The notes: generated from the letters alone by a model not told the origin. DNA of 64,000 nucleotides from Oligoflexales bacterium (GCA_045106415.1 JBGCEP010000001.1:1-64000), one strand, 5' to 3'; counted from the first letter of the stretch, positions 39,509 to 49,292 are shown. Numbers and translations are program-made.

Positions 39509-39960
39509 TTGGCTTTTTGATATGAGATGACGGGTTGTTGAAGTGGGACCCGGGAGCACTCAGAACGCGCTCAGTTTGGTTGTAGGCGCATGAGGTCTTT
39601 TGAGGGACCCACTTCGGTTCATCAGATTCTAGATGTTCGCCGCCTAAACCGCGAGACTTCGACCCAGATACCTTCTTAGGATCCGATGAACTGAACTAGC
39701 TCTTCAATGATGAACCAGTCCGCTGTTTCTGTGATTCTTCTCATGAGAATCACCTTATAGTTAGTATTCGAGAACGTTATTGCTCCCTACTCCGTATTTT
39801 ACAATATTAGGTACTTAAGATGGCTTTTGGTGCTTTGTCTTTTAATATCAAGTAGATATGTATATTCTGAATATAGCTGATAAGTGTTGTGTGCTGATGA
39901 TTTACCGAGTTGTCACAACAAGACATGGATTTATCTCATAAAACCATAACCAAGAAGAGC

Positions 39961-40500
39961 TTATTTCTTTTTCTTAGATTGTTGAGAATCTTCAGTGGGG
40001 TCCTGCGCAACAGACTGGTTGCGGGAGTAGGCGAAGACACTGATAACAGCTGCTAGAGCACCAACGACTGTTGCAAAAGCTCCCCCTTCAATTTTGAGCA
40101 AATATGTGGTGTACATAATTGCACCGATGGTTGCGAGCCCACAAAAATTCCCAGCTATGTTACCGAATATATTGTAGATAAGATTCATCCAATCTCGTCT
40201 AGTGACTTTTGAGCTCTGAGCATGATTATTCCGATCCAGGCGGTCATGGTTTCTCTTTTGGTCTTCTCTAGTAATCATATGCTGATGCTCTTGCTCTTTT
40301 TTCATCATGTTTATGATGGCTTTGAACGATTCTGGGTCGATTGCTTCTACAGTCTGCAGAAGCTCAGGAGAAACAGAAGTATTGTAGAAATTGATTTGAT
40401 TGTTTTGCGTGTTATGGACGATAGGTGTTTTGTCATCTGTGGATGCAGATTGAGAGCTCTTATTCTGATCTTTTGGTGGTTGACTCGGTTTTTTGCTCAT
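39961..40500 (-). CDS. DUF2335 membrane protein
   Basis: SPELLQTVEAIDPESFKAIINMMKKEQEHQH followed by two TM helices. Confidence 0.7.
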   Translation of the reverse strand: MSKKPSQPPKDQNKSSQSASTDDKTPIVHNTQNNQINFYNTSVSPELLQTVEAIDPESFKAIINMMKKEQEHQHMITREDQKRNHDRLDRNNHAQSSKVTRRDWMNLIYNIFGNIAGNFCGLATIGAIMYTTYLLKIEGGAFATVVGALAAVISVFAYSRNQSVAQDPTEDSQQSKKKK

Positions 40501-40678
40501 CTAGATACTTCTCACAGCTGTGCAACAATTGTCCGTGTATGATCCTAGCAGACAATTCAAGATTGTTACAATATTGTGTCTCGTAGATGATCGGAAGGTC
40601 ATCACTCTGGTTTTTGAAGTGCAGACGAGAAGGAGTGTGAAACATTTGTTTCAAACTTTCAACGAGATGATGTCTCAT
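40460..40678 (-). CDS. Small hypothetical protein upstream of DUF2335
   Basis: AAAGGAGG RBS before ATG 40678; TTGACA-N18-TACATC upstream. Confidence 0.55.
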   Translation of the reverse strand: MRHHLVESLKQMFHTPSRLHFKNQSDDLPIIYETQYCNNLELSARIIHGQLLHSCEKYLDEQKTESTTKRSE

Positions 40679-40911
40679 ATGTCCTCCTTTATTTGCAGTG
40701 TGTAGTGTAGCACACATGTCTATATGATCGTCCAAAACGAGCAACAGCATTAGATGTATCGCGTCGCTGATCTTATTGTCAATGAAATTAGAGAGTTATT
40801 CTGAGATATCAAACGTTTACCTCTTTCTTGAATCAGGTGAAATTGGTGTCCTTGCCGGATAAGGTGCTGAGGAGGTGGATCTTTGATTTTGTCGTTTTTG
40901 GTTTATGTGGC

Positions 40912-41118
40912 TTAGGCCTCCTCTAGGAGGTCTTGGATGGCTGTATCCAGAACTTCGGAGGTCGATACATTGCGTCGCTTGCAAAGCTCTTGAAATGCTC
41001 TGTAGGGCTTTTCTTCGAGGTACAGAGTGGTTCTGATCTTATGGGATGGTTGCTCATTTTTTCTTAGAATATCCCGCGCACGTTTGAGGTTCGTTTTTTT
41101 CTTGGTGATTTTTGTCAT
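40912..41118 (-). CDS. Ribbon-helix-helix (CopG/Arc-like) DNA-binding protein
   Basis: RTTLYL-EEKPYRAFQELCKRRNVSTSEVLDTAIQDLL. Confidence 0.75.
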   Translation of the reverse strand: MTKITKKKTNLKRARDILRKNEQPSHKIRTTLYLEEKPYRAFQELCKRRNVSTSEVLDTAIQDLLEEA

Positions 41119-41141
41119 AGTAAATCTCTCAATCAAATAGG

Positions 41142-41162
41142 ACATAACATATTATGTTATGT
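41142..41162. promoter_or_regulatory. Perfect palindromic operator between divergent RHH and XRE genes
   Basis: ACATAACATA-T-TATGTTATGT. Confidence 0.55.
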
Positions 41163-41256
41163 TTTTTGTTGCCGAGTATGGGAGGATTTTTCCCAGAAAT
41201 GGAAAAGTCATTTTCAGAGTAAGGAGTCTAGGCTTTAATAGCGGCTGCTTTTCTCA

Positions 41257-41580
41257 ATGATGTATGCTGGGAGCCACGTGGAGACGGAAAAAGATAGAAA
41301 TGACAGTATTGGGCGTCGTCTGCAACTCGCTCTGCAAGAAGCTGATATTAGTTTGACTCATGCGGCAAGTATTGCAGGTGTCAGCACAAGCACACTCTGT
41401 AACTGGGTTTCAGGTTGCTCTCCTTGGAATTTTGAGGCGCTTGACCGTCTTTGTGAGCACTTGGGTGTATCAATGGCATATCTGTTGACAGGAAAGCAAG
41501 ATAGGTTCCATCGAGTGAAAGGCTCTTTTGATGGGCGAGCTAAATTGTTTTGGTTAATTCCCGCCGACAATCATGACTAA
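41257..41580 (+). CDS. XRE/Cro-CI family HTH regulator
   Basis: IGRRLQLAL..ISLTHAASIAGVSTSTLCNWVSG..P..LDRLCEHLGVSMAYLLTG. Confidence 0.85.
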   Translation: MMYAGSHVETEKDRNDSIGRRLQLALQEADISLTHAASIAGVSTSTLCNWVSGCSPWNFEALDRLCEHLGVSMAYLLTGKQDRFHRVKGSFDGRAKLFWLIPADNHD

Positions 41581-41660
41581 TTCCAGATATGGAAAACCTT
41601 TTAATTCAAATATACCGCGGTTCGAACAGAAGCATTGTGTATTAGAATTGGGAGAAAGAT

Positions 41661-42212
41661 ATGAGAGCTTTTCATTGTTTGTTTTTATTTTTGTCTGCGA
41701 GTTGTGGAGCGATCACAGAAGCACCACGAAAATCCGAACCAATCACTCAAGAGCATCCGCAAGCACTTGCGACAACACGTGATAGTTTGCATGAATGTGA
41801 CAATGTGCGTGAAAATCAGATCATTTACTTAATTGATGAGAAAAAGTTTGTCTACTGCTCTAGTGAATCATGGGTGGATGTGGATATGTCTGAGACACAA
41901 TCAACGATTTCAACAGCAGCTATAGCGGCAGGTGATACCTGTGCAGCTGGAGGAATAGAGGTTAGAGTTGGCAATGATCTGAACAAAGATCAAGTGATAA
42001 CTGATATTGAATTAAAAAGTCGAGAGATAGTGTGCAATGGTGCTCAGGGAGAGCAAGGAAAGTCTGGTGAAAAAGGTGATGGCAGTGGTTTGAAAAAGCA
42101 ATGGCTGTCTGTAGCCGGAGGCGTGATCAATGCATCTTCAACTCTTCAGGAAAATGTTTTAAGTCGAGTTTTTTCTCTAAGGGAGGCGCCGAGCGGATTC
42201 GAACCGCTGTAG
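41661..42212 (+). CDS. Lipoprotein with Cys-bracketed repeat and short collagen-like stretch, probably 3'-truncated
   Basis: Lipobox LSASC; AGDTCAAGG..GNDLNKD..VCNG; GAQGEQGKSGEKG; runs into the antisense tRNA. Confidence 0.6.
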   Translation: MRAFHCLFLFLSASCGAITEAPRKSEPITQEHPQALATTRDSLHECDNVRENQIIYLIDEKKFVYCSSESWVDVDMSETQSTISTAAIAAGDTCAAGGIEVRVGNDLNKDQVITDIELKSREIVCNGAQGEQGKSGEKGDGSGLKKQWLSVAGGVINASSTLQENVLSRVFSLREAPSGFEPL

Positions 42213-42254
42213 ACGGATTTGCAATCCGCTGCCTAGCCACTTGGCTACGGCGCC
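42184..42254 (-). tRNA. tRNA-Cys (GCA)
   Basis: GGCGCCGTAGCCAAGTGGCTAGGCAGCGGATTGCAAATCCGTCTACAGCGGTTCGAATCCGCTCGGCGCCT; full cloverleaf, U73 discriminator, followed by CCC rather than CCA. Confidence 0.97.
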
Positions 42255-42356
42255 ACAAGATGAGACATATCATACCACGATGAATTTTGTATGCAAGAGT
42301 CTATTTATCAAAATTTGAATGTTATGGTGTTAAAGGCGACTTCTTGGAGGTGCAAA

Positions 42357-44123
42357 GTGTCGGAACAAGACCATAAAGATGCGGAAATATATCATCGTAT
42401 TGTTGATTGCCAGTATGCTTGCCCAGCGCATACCCCTGTGCCGGAGTATATTCGCCTTATTGCTCAAGGTCGCTATGATGAGGCCTACCTAGTCAATAGA
42501 TCTTCTAACGTATTTCCAGGAATTTTAGGGAGAGTGTGCGATCGACCGTGTGAACCTGCCTGTCGTCGGGGCAGGGTTGATGGTGAGGCAGTTGCTATTT
42601 GTCGTTTGAAGCGCGCAGCTGCTGATCGTAAAGGTGATGTGTTGAGCCATATCCCTTCTTCACCGTTTCCTCAGAATGGGAAAAAAATAGCCTTGATTGG
42701 AGCTGGTCCTGCTTCTCTGACGGTCGCGAATGACCTCTTACCATTAGGTTATAATTGTGTGGTCTTTGAGAAAGACTCTACTTTAGGTGGAGCTATGCAG
42801 ACGCAAGTCCCAGGTTTTCGTCTTCCTCAAGAAGTTCTTGATGAAGAAATCAATATGATCTTAAATATGGGTCTGGATGTACAAGCTTCTCAACAAATAG
42901 AAAGCCTTGAGTCTCTTTTTACGGACGGTTTTGATGCTGTTTTTGTAGGTGTTGGGGCTCCACGAGGAAAATCATTAAAGCTTCCCGGACTTGAAGTTGT
43001 AGAAGAGTCGGTTTTTGTGGGTGTTGATTTTTTGGGAGCTGTTCGTTTCGACCATCCTTTTGAGCTTGGAGAGCAAACAATTGTGATTGGTGGTGGCAAT
43101 ACAGCTATGGATTGTGCGAGGTCGGCTGTGCGGAAAAAATCCTCTGTGACAGTTGTTGCACCAGAGGGTTTTCAACAGATGTCAGCGTCACCATGGGAGC
43201 TTGATGAAACAATTGAAGAAGGTGTCACCATACGTAATCATCTTCTCCCTGTTGGGTATCGATCTGAATTCGGAAAGCTCGTTGGTGTTGAGTTTCGTAA
43301 GGTTACATCGCTTTATGACGAGCAGGGGAGTTTTGCCCCAAAGTTTGTAGACTCAGAGGTTATCTTTATTGCATGTTCTTCAGTTATTTTAGCAATAGGT
43401 CAAGTTTGTGATTATAGCTTTCTAGATGGAAAAACAAAGTGGCTGAATGAAAAAGGTAAACTTATTATTGATCCTCAAACTTTACAATCATCACATCCTA
43501 AAGTTTTTTTTGGTGGTGACGCAGCCTTTGGCCCTTCAAATATTATTTCTGCTGTAGCACATGGTCATGAAGCTGCGATATCTATGCATTTATTTTTGCA
43601 GAATAAGCCTTTGGTCAATAGACCTCGTATGCAGATGGAACTTTTAACTCAAAAAATGTCCTTGAATCAATGGAGTTATGACAATCAGTTTGATCAGTTT
43701 TCTAGGCAGAAAAACGAGAAAGACCACAAAAATCCAGGTTTGATTAAAGAGGTTGAGTTTGGGCTATCTGATGAACAAATTCAAAAAGAGTGCAGCCGTT
43801 GTTTAAACTGTGATGTTCAAACGGTCTTTGAAGAAAAGCTATGTATTGAATGTGATGCTTGTGTGGATATCTGTCCAGTGGGTTGTTTGCAAATGACAGA
43901 CGTTACAGACGAAGCGCAGATACGGGAAGATTTTAGAATTCCAGCAAGAAATATGTCTCAGCCTTTGTTTTTATCAGGATTGAGCTCGGGCCGTTTGATG
44001 GCAAAGGATGAGAATATTTGTTTGCACTGTGGCTTGTGCTCTGAGCGTTGCCCAACAGGTGCTTGGGATATGAAACTCTCATCTTTAAAGCTTCCTAAAG
44101 CAGGAGATCTTTGTGAAGACTGA
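42357..44123 (+). CDS. GltD-like FAD/NAD(P)-dependent Fe-S oxidoreductase with C-terminal ferredoxin
   Basis: CQYACPAH, GRVCDRPCEPAC, IGAGPA, IGGGNTAMDC, two CxxCxxCxxxCP motifs; GGAGG RBS before GTG 42357. Confidence 0.9.
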   Translation: MSEQDHKDAEIYHRIVDCQYACPAHTPVPEYIRLIAQGRYDEAYLVNRSSNVFPGILGRVCDRPCEPACRRGRVDGEAVAICRLKRAAADRKGDVLSHIPSSPFPQNGKKIALIGAGPASLTVANDLLPLGYNCVVFEKDSTLGGAMQTQVPGFRLPQEVLDEEINMILNMGLDVQASQQIESLESLFTDGFDAVFVGVGAPRGKSLKLPGLEVVEESVFVGVDFLGAVRFDHPFELGEQTIVIGGGNTAMDCARSAVRKKSSVTVVAPEGFQQMSASPWELDETIEEGVTIRNHLLPVGYRSEFGKLVGVEFRKVTSLYDEQGSFAPKFVDSEVIFIACSSVILAIGQVCDYSFLDGKTKWLNEKGKLIIDPQTLQSSHPKVFFGGDAAFGPSNIISAVAHGHEAAISMHLFLQNKPLVNRPRMQMELLTQKMSLNQWSYDNQFDQFSRQKNEKDHKNPGLIKEVEFGLSDEQIQKECSRCLNCDVQTVFEEKLCIECDACVDICPVGCLQMTDVTDEAQIREDFRIPARNMSQPLFLSGLSSGRLMAKDENICLHCGLCSERCPTGAWDMKLSSLKLPKAGDLCED

Positions 44124-45867
44124 TTTTGTCATAAGGTTTGCGAATGTCAACGGAACAGGGTCGGCAAGTGCAAATCAGTTGGTGGTGAAAACTTTATTTC
44201 GTATGGGATGGAACATTGGCGCTAAAAATATGTTTCCGTCAAATATTCAAGGAATGCCAACGTGGTATGAAGTGAGAATCAGTGACTCAAGTTATACTGC
44301 CCGTAAAGGTCGAGTTGATATTATGGTCGCGATGAATGGACAAACACTGCAAGCAGATTGTGAACATCTCGATGAGCAGAGCTTTGTTCTTTATGACCCT
44401 TTAGGGAAACAGACCCCTGGTGGTGTTTCCAAAAAAATACCACTTCCGGTATTTGAGTTGGCAAGAAAGCATTTTAAGAACCCAAAGCAACGTGCTTTAC
44501 TTCAAAATTTGATTTATGTCGGAGCAATATCAACCCTTGTGCGATTGGATGAAGATATTTTAAAAGATCTTCTCGAGGAACAATACCGGTCTCGGCCAGA
44601 CTTACTGCCACTCAATGAGAAAGCTCTTTTATTAGGAAAGTCCTATGTGCAAGAGCATGTTCAAGATTCTTTTCCTTATTTTGTAAAGATGAGAGATCGG
44701 GATCATTCGATTTTAATCAATGGAAATGAAGCGGCGGCATTAGGAGCTGTGACAGCTGGTGCAACTGTGGCAGCTTGGTATCCTATTACTCCATCAACAT
44801 CGGTCATGGATGCTTTTCGAAAATATTGTTCTATGTTTCGACAAACTTCAGATGGAGTGGCGGCAGCTATTATGCAGTCAGAAGATGAAATTTCAGCGAT
44901 AGGGATGGTGCTAGGCGCAAACTGGATGGGAGCAAGAGCTTTTACCGCGACGAGCGGGCCTGGCATCTCGTTGATGAATGAATTTTTAGGGTACGCTTAT
45001 TACGCGGAAATACCTTCTGTAGTGTTAAATATTCAAAGATGTGGGCCATCGACTGGCATGCCGACACGAAACCAACAGGCTGATATTTTATCCTGTGCCT
45101 ACGCGTCTCATGGAGATACAGAGCATTTACTCTTCTTTCCTGCTACTCCATCTGAATGCTATACGATGACTTATCAAGCTTTTGATTTTGCAGATCGCTT
45201 TCAAACTCCAGTCTTTCTTATGTCGGATTTGGAACTTGGTATGAACGAATATTGTGAGCCCCCATTGCCAGTGCTTGCAAGTGGTTCAAAAGGAAAAGTT
45301 TTGAATGATACGCAGTTGATGCAGCTTGAGCATTATCATCGTTATGAAGATATTGATGGTGATGGAATTCCCTGGAGAACCTTACCTGGAAGTCATCCTA
45401 AAGGTGCAAATTTAACTCGAGGGTCGGGGCACGATAAATTTGGTCGTTATACTGAGAATGGCCTTTTATACCAAGAAAACTTAGATAGAATTTCAAAAAA
45501 ATTTGAACAAGCCGCGCAAGAACTCCCTGAGCCTGAATGTGTAGAGTGTGGAAAGATTGGGTTGGTTTATTTTGGATCCACGACAGAAGTTATTAGAGAG
45601 GTCGTCGACGCTTTTGCTTTAGAAGGAGTCTTTTTATCATGTTTACGTGTAAAGGCATTTCCTTTTCATAGAAAAGTATATGAAGAACTTGAAAAATGGG
45701 AATATGGAATTGTTATAGAACAAAATAGAGATGGGCAAATGAGGCGTCTGCTCATTCAAAACGGTGAAGTCGAAAGTACACAACTTCGTTCTCTACGAGT
45801 GTATGATGGGCTGCCACTCACAGCGCAGAACATTATTGCGAAGATTCAAGATCTTATTGAGGTGTAA
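44113..45867 (+). CDS. 2-oxoacid:ferredoxin oxidoreductase alpha (gamma-alpha fusion) subunit
   Basis: WYPITPS, QSEDEISA, ATSGPGISLM, QRCGPSTGMPT. Confidence 0.93.
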   Translation: MKTDFVIRFANVNGTGSASANQLVVKTLFRMGWNIGAKNMFPSNIQGMPTWYEVRISDSSYTARKGRVDIMVAMNGQTLQADCEHLDEQSFVLYDPLGKQTPGGVSKKIPLPVFELARKHFKNPKQRALLQNLIYVGAISTLVRLDEDILKDLLEEQYRSRPDLLPLNEKALLLGKSYVQEHVQDSFPYFVKMRDRDHSILINGNEAAALGAVTAGATVAAWYPITPSTSVMDAFRKYCSMFRQTSDGVAAAIMQSEDEISAIGMVLGANWMGARAFTATSGPGISLMNEFLGYAYYAEIPSVVLNIQRCGPSTGMPTRNQQADILSCAYASHGDTEHLLFFPATPSECYTMTYQAFDFADRFQTPVFLMSDLELGMNEYCEPPLPVLASGSKGKVLNDTQLMQLEHYHRYEDIDGDGIPWRTLPGSHPKGANLTRGSGHDKFGRYTENGLLYQENLDRISKKFEQAAQELPEPECVECGKIGLVYFGSTTEVIREVVDAFALEGVFLSCLRVKAFPFHRKVYEELEKWEYGIVIEQNRDGQMRRLLIQNGEVESTQLRSLRVYDGLPLTAQNIIAKIQDLIEV

Positions 45868-45868
45868 A

Positions 45869-46927
45869 ATGTATTCTATGAAGCCACCTAAAATGACGTC
45901 GATTGGTGAAAAAATAAATAGTCTTGGATTGACACTGGATGACTATAAAGGCGCCGTATCAACTTTGTGCGGGGGGTGTGGTCATGACTCTATTACCGCA
46001 GCAATTGTTCAAGCATGTTTTGAGATAGAGCTCAATCCTCAAGAGTTATCTAAGATGAGTGGGATTGGTTGCTCTTCTAAAACCCCAGGTTATTTTTTAT
46101 CAGGTTCTCACGGGTTTAACTCTGTTCATGGCCGTATGCCGTCCGTAACAACCGGGGCTTACTTAGCCCATAGCCAGATGAAGTTTTTAGGTGTCTCTGG
46201 AGATGGAGATTCGGGATCGATTGGGATTGGGCAGTTAATTCATGCAATACGCAGACGTTTGAATATGCTGTATATCGTTGAAAATAATGGTGTTTATGGG
46301 TTGACGAAAGGACAGTTTTCCGCAACGGCAGATGCACAAAGTCAGACTCGAAAAGGTGTGGAGTGTGGTCAAGACCCTATTGATTTAGCTAGAATAGCAA
46401 TTGAGTGTGGCGCTCCGTTTGTTGCTAGAAGCTTTTCAGGTGATAAGAAGCAACTTGTTCCTCTTATCCAAGCGGGCCTCTCTGTTCATGGTTTTTCTTT
46501 TTTAGATGTCGTGTCTCCTTGTGTGAGCTTTAATGACCATCAAGGTTCGACAAAAAGTTATCAATACACTAGAAAATCAACTCATGAAGCGACTCATATT
46601 CAAGATTATGTTCTCCAAAAAAATGAAATAAAACACTCCACCCTTGAATTGGAAAAAGGTATTGAGCTTCATGATGGCAGCTTCTTAAGAACAAAAAATT
46701 CTGATCAAAGCTATAATATCAATGATAAGGCTGCGGCATTTTCTTTTCTTGATCAATGCCGTGAAGAAGGTTGCGTACCGACTGGGCTTATTTATTTTGA
46801 TTCATCACACCCTAAGTGTTGGCATGACTTTAATAAAACTGTTGTGAAACCCTTAAGAGACTTTACTTTGAAAGAGCTCAGCCTTCATGAAAAAAATATG
46901 AATGACGTGAATTGTTTGTTCCGTTGA
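45869..46927 (+). CDS. 2-oxoacid:ferredoxin oxidoreductase beta subunit
   Basis: LCGGCGH, SGIGCSS, TPP motif GDGD..NN, YGLTKGQ; GAGGTG RBS. Confidence 0.93.
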   Translation: MYSMKPPKMTSIGEKINSLGLTLDDYKGAVSTLCGGCGHDSITAAIVQACFEIELNPQELSKMSGIGCSSKTPGYFLSGSHGFNSVHGRMPSVTTGAYLAHSQMKFLGVSGDGDSGSIGIGQLIHAIRRRLNMLYIVENNGVYGLTKGQFSATADAQSQTRKGVECGQDPIDLARIAIECGAPFVARSFSGDKKQLVPLIQAGLSVHGFSFLDVVSPCVSFNDHQGSTKSYQYTRKSTHEATHIQDYVLQKNEIKHSTLELEKGIELHDGSFLRTKNSDQSYNINDKAAAFSFLDQCREEGCVPTGLIYFDSSHPKCWHDFNKTVVKPLRDFTLKELSLHEKNMNDVNCLFR

Positions 46928-46992
46928 ATGTTTTTTTAGTTTTCAGATGTGTGATATTAAAATGCATTAAACCATTATTTTTTTATACACTA

Positions 46993-47508
46993 GAGCTGAT
47001 TTAAAAATTCATCAAATTATCGATTTAATTTGGATTTGAGGTAGGATAAGAAACAACTCTAACGGTAAATAATATTACTTTATAGGTTATAAACTGGATA
47101 TAGGAACAATTGACGGAGATATCCTAGTCTCTGCAGTTCTGAGGCTTGCTTCATTCTCATGACTATGCCCTCTTGGAAGAGATGACACTCCAGAGGCATC
47201 AATAGTCTTTATTCATTTTCAGGACGTGTGTAAACAATCATTTGAAAGGTGCGCTTGAAAGGAAAGAACTGTGAGAGTAAAGGAAGGCAAGAAAGTCATG
47301 ATGTCATTAAGCTTAGGTTTGCTTACTATAGTCTTTCAACAGTTCATGAAGCTTTAAGCTTCTGATTGAATCGGCCATCTTTTTAGTGGTCGATGCTTCT
47401 AAATCACTCAAAAAGAAGGAGTGCTTTTCATGTCGATGAAAATTGATCGATAAGAGGTTAATATTTTTCTGGCACGTCTGTGGATTCAAAGCATTTTTAA
47501 ATCAGTTC
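46993..47508. mobile_element. MITE-like non-autonomous element
   Basis: 16-bp terminal IRs GAGCTGATTTAAAAAT / ATTTTTAAATCAGTTC (15/16) flanked by a CTA direct repeat; no intact ORF. Confidence 0.65.
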
Positions 47509-47715
47509 CTACTCCTATAAAGTAGATAAAATGGTATGCAGTTAATAGTCGTATTGAAAGTGTTTACTATATACATAAGCGCGAACAGTAGTTTTTTGTT
47601 GAGATGAAGACGAAATTTTAGTTTTTTTGAAAAAAATTAAAATTGTCAGCTGCGTTTTTTTCTATTTACGTGTAAGATCTCCAAAGCTAACTAGCAAGTC
47701 GAATGAGGAGATGTT

Positions 47716-48726
47716 ATGACAGTGAAAGTTGGTATAAATGGTTTTGGTCGAATTGGGCGTTTAATCTTTAGGGCCATCCAAAATAATAGCCATCCTGATA
47801 TTGAAGTTGTTCATATTAATGACTTGTTGAAACCTGAAGATCTTGCTCATTTGACGAAATACGATTCGGTTCATGGTCGTTTAGATCTTCCTGTTGAAGT
47901 TGATGGGAAAAATCTCAAAGTTGGTGATAAAACTGTGACATTATCATCTATTAAAAATCCTTCTGAATTACCTTGGAAGGAAAGAAATGTTGATATTGCT
48001 TTTGAGTGCACAGGCTTGTTTACAAAAAGAGAGGGTGCAGATCTTCACCTCAAAGCAGGTGCTAAAAAAGTGATGATATCAGCTCCAGCTTCTGGTGAAG
48101 ATAAAACGGTTGTCTATGGTGTAAACCATGAGCAATTGACTGCCGAAGACAGTGTGGTTTCAAATGGATCTTGTACAACAAACTGCTTGGCTCCTGTAGC
48201 AAAAGTGCTACATGAGAAGTTTGGTGTTGAATTTGGTTCTATGACAACCGTCCACTCTTATACAAATGATCAACGAGTTTTAGATGTTGGGCATTCAGAT
48301 ATGAGAAGAGCTCGTGCCGCTGCTGTTAATATGATTCCAACCTCAACAGGTGCTGCCAAAGCAATCGGACTTGTACTTCCTGAGTTAGCTGGGAAAATTG
48401 ATGGTTTAGCAGTGAGGGTCCCGACCCCAAATGTTTCATTGGTCGATGTCACATTTATGGTTAAAAAATCTGTAACACCTGAACAAGTCAATCAAGCTTT
48501 AAAAGAAGCTTCGGAAGGTTCTTTAAAAGGGATTTTAGGTTATACCGAAGAGCCTCTGGTCTCTTCAGATTTTAATGGGGATAAGCGCTCATCTATTGTT
48601 GATGCAAGCATGACGAAAGTAACCGGTGGAAATATGGTTAAAATATTATCATGGTATGACAATGAAACAGGTTTTAGTCATCGTATGTTAGATGTTACTA
48701 ATTATATGAAAAAGTTTTTATCTTAA
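47716..48726 (+). CDS. gap: Type I glyceraldehyde-3-phosphate dehydrogenase
   Basis: GINGFGRIGR, SCTTNCLAP, WYDNE. Confidence 0.98.
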   Translation: MTVKVGINGFGRIGRLIFRAIQNNSHPDIEVVHINDLLKPEDLAHLTKYDSVHGRLDLPVEVDGKNLKVGDKTVTLSSIKNPSELPWKERNVDIAFECTGLFTKREGADLHLKAGAKKVMISAPASGEDKTVVYGVNHEQLTAEDSVVSNGSCTTNCLAPVAKVLHEKFGVEFGSMTTVHSYTNDQRVLDVGHSDMRRARAAAVNMIPTSTGAAKAIGLVLPELAGKIDGLAVRVPTPNVSLVDVTFMVKKSVTPEQVNQALKEASEGSLKGILGYTEEPLVSSDFNGDKRSSIVDASMTKVTGGNMVKILSWYDNETGFSHRMLDVTNYMKKFLS

Positions 48727-48820
48727 TTAATAAATTTGATTTTATTGGTCATAATGATGAATCCGTTGTTTTTTTTAAAGCATTATGATAAACGACCTTG
48801 ATGGAATGGGCGGAGGCAAA

Positions 48821-49228
48821 ATGCCAGAATTAAAAAAGCCAGTAACGCTTACAAGAAAAGAAGTCATAGAGATGTTAGAGAAGTCTCGTGACCTTAGAGG
48901 TTTAGATATCCGAAAAGCGAATCTAATGAAGTTAGATTTTCGAGGATGTGATCTCCGTGGTACAAATTTTTCGTATTCAAATCTTCGAGATGCGAATTTT
49001 CGAGATGCTGATATGAGAGATAGTTCTTTATGGAACGCTAACCTTGAAGGAGCCGACTTAAGTGGCGCTGATCTTGAGGGCGCAGATATGGATTATTCTA
49101 AGCTGCGAGGTGCTAATTTGCATCGTGCAAATGTTAGAAGAGCTTCTTTGCCTACAGAACTTGTGCCAAGAGAAGACATTGTAAAGTCTGTGAAAGAAGG
49201 TTGTGCGATAGGTCGGACACTTTCTTGA
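48821..49228 (+). CDS. Pentapeptide repeat protein
   Basis: A(D/N)Lxx repeats; GGAGG RBS before ATG 48821. Confidence 0.9.
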   Translation: MPELKKPVTLTRKEVIEMLEKSRDLRGLDIRKANLMKLDFRGCDLRGTNFSYSNLRDANFRDADMRDSSLWNANLEGADLSGADLEGADMDYSKLRGANLHRANVRRASLPTELVPREDIVKSVKEGCAIGRTLS

Positions 49229-49257
49229 TTCGGTATGGTTATAGTGAATATTTTTTT

Positions 49258-49292
49258 AAGCGCCATACCTGATAAAGGTGTGGCGTTTTTTT
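49258..49292 (+). terminator. Intrinsic terminator
   Basis: GCGCCATACC..GGTGTGGCGT stem followed by a T tract. Confidence 0.75.

Larger units (their letters stand above)
38334..42203. mobile_element. Decayed integrative element/prophage remnant at tRNA-Cys, no integrase
   Basis: Bounded by tRNA 3'-end repeats; carries XRE-HTH, RHH, DUF2335 and a truncated collagen-like lipoprotein. Confidence 0.6.

Noticed and set aside
41137..41162. dif-like site (..GACATAA-CATA-TTATGTTATGT)
   Set aside because: Spacer is 4 bp rather than 6, the XerD arm deviates, and the skew polarity is not terminus-like; better explained as an operator
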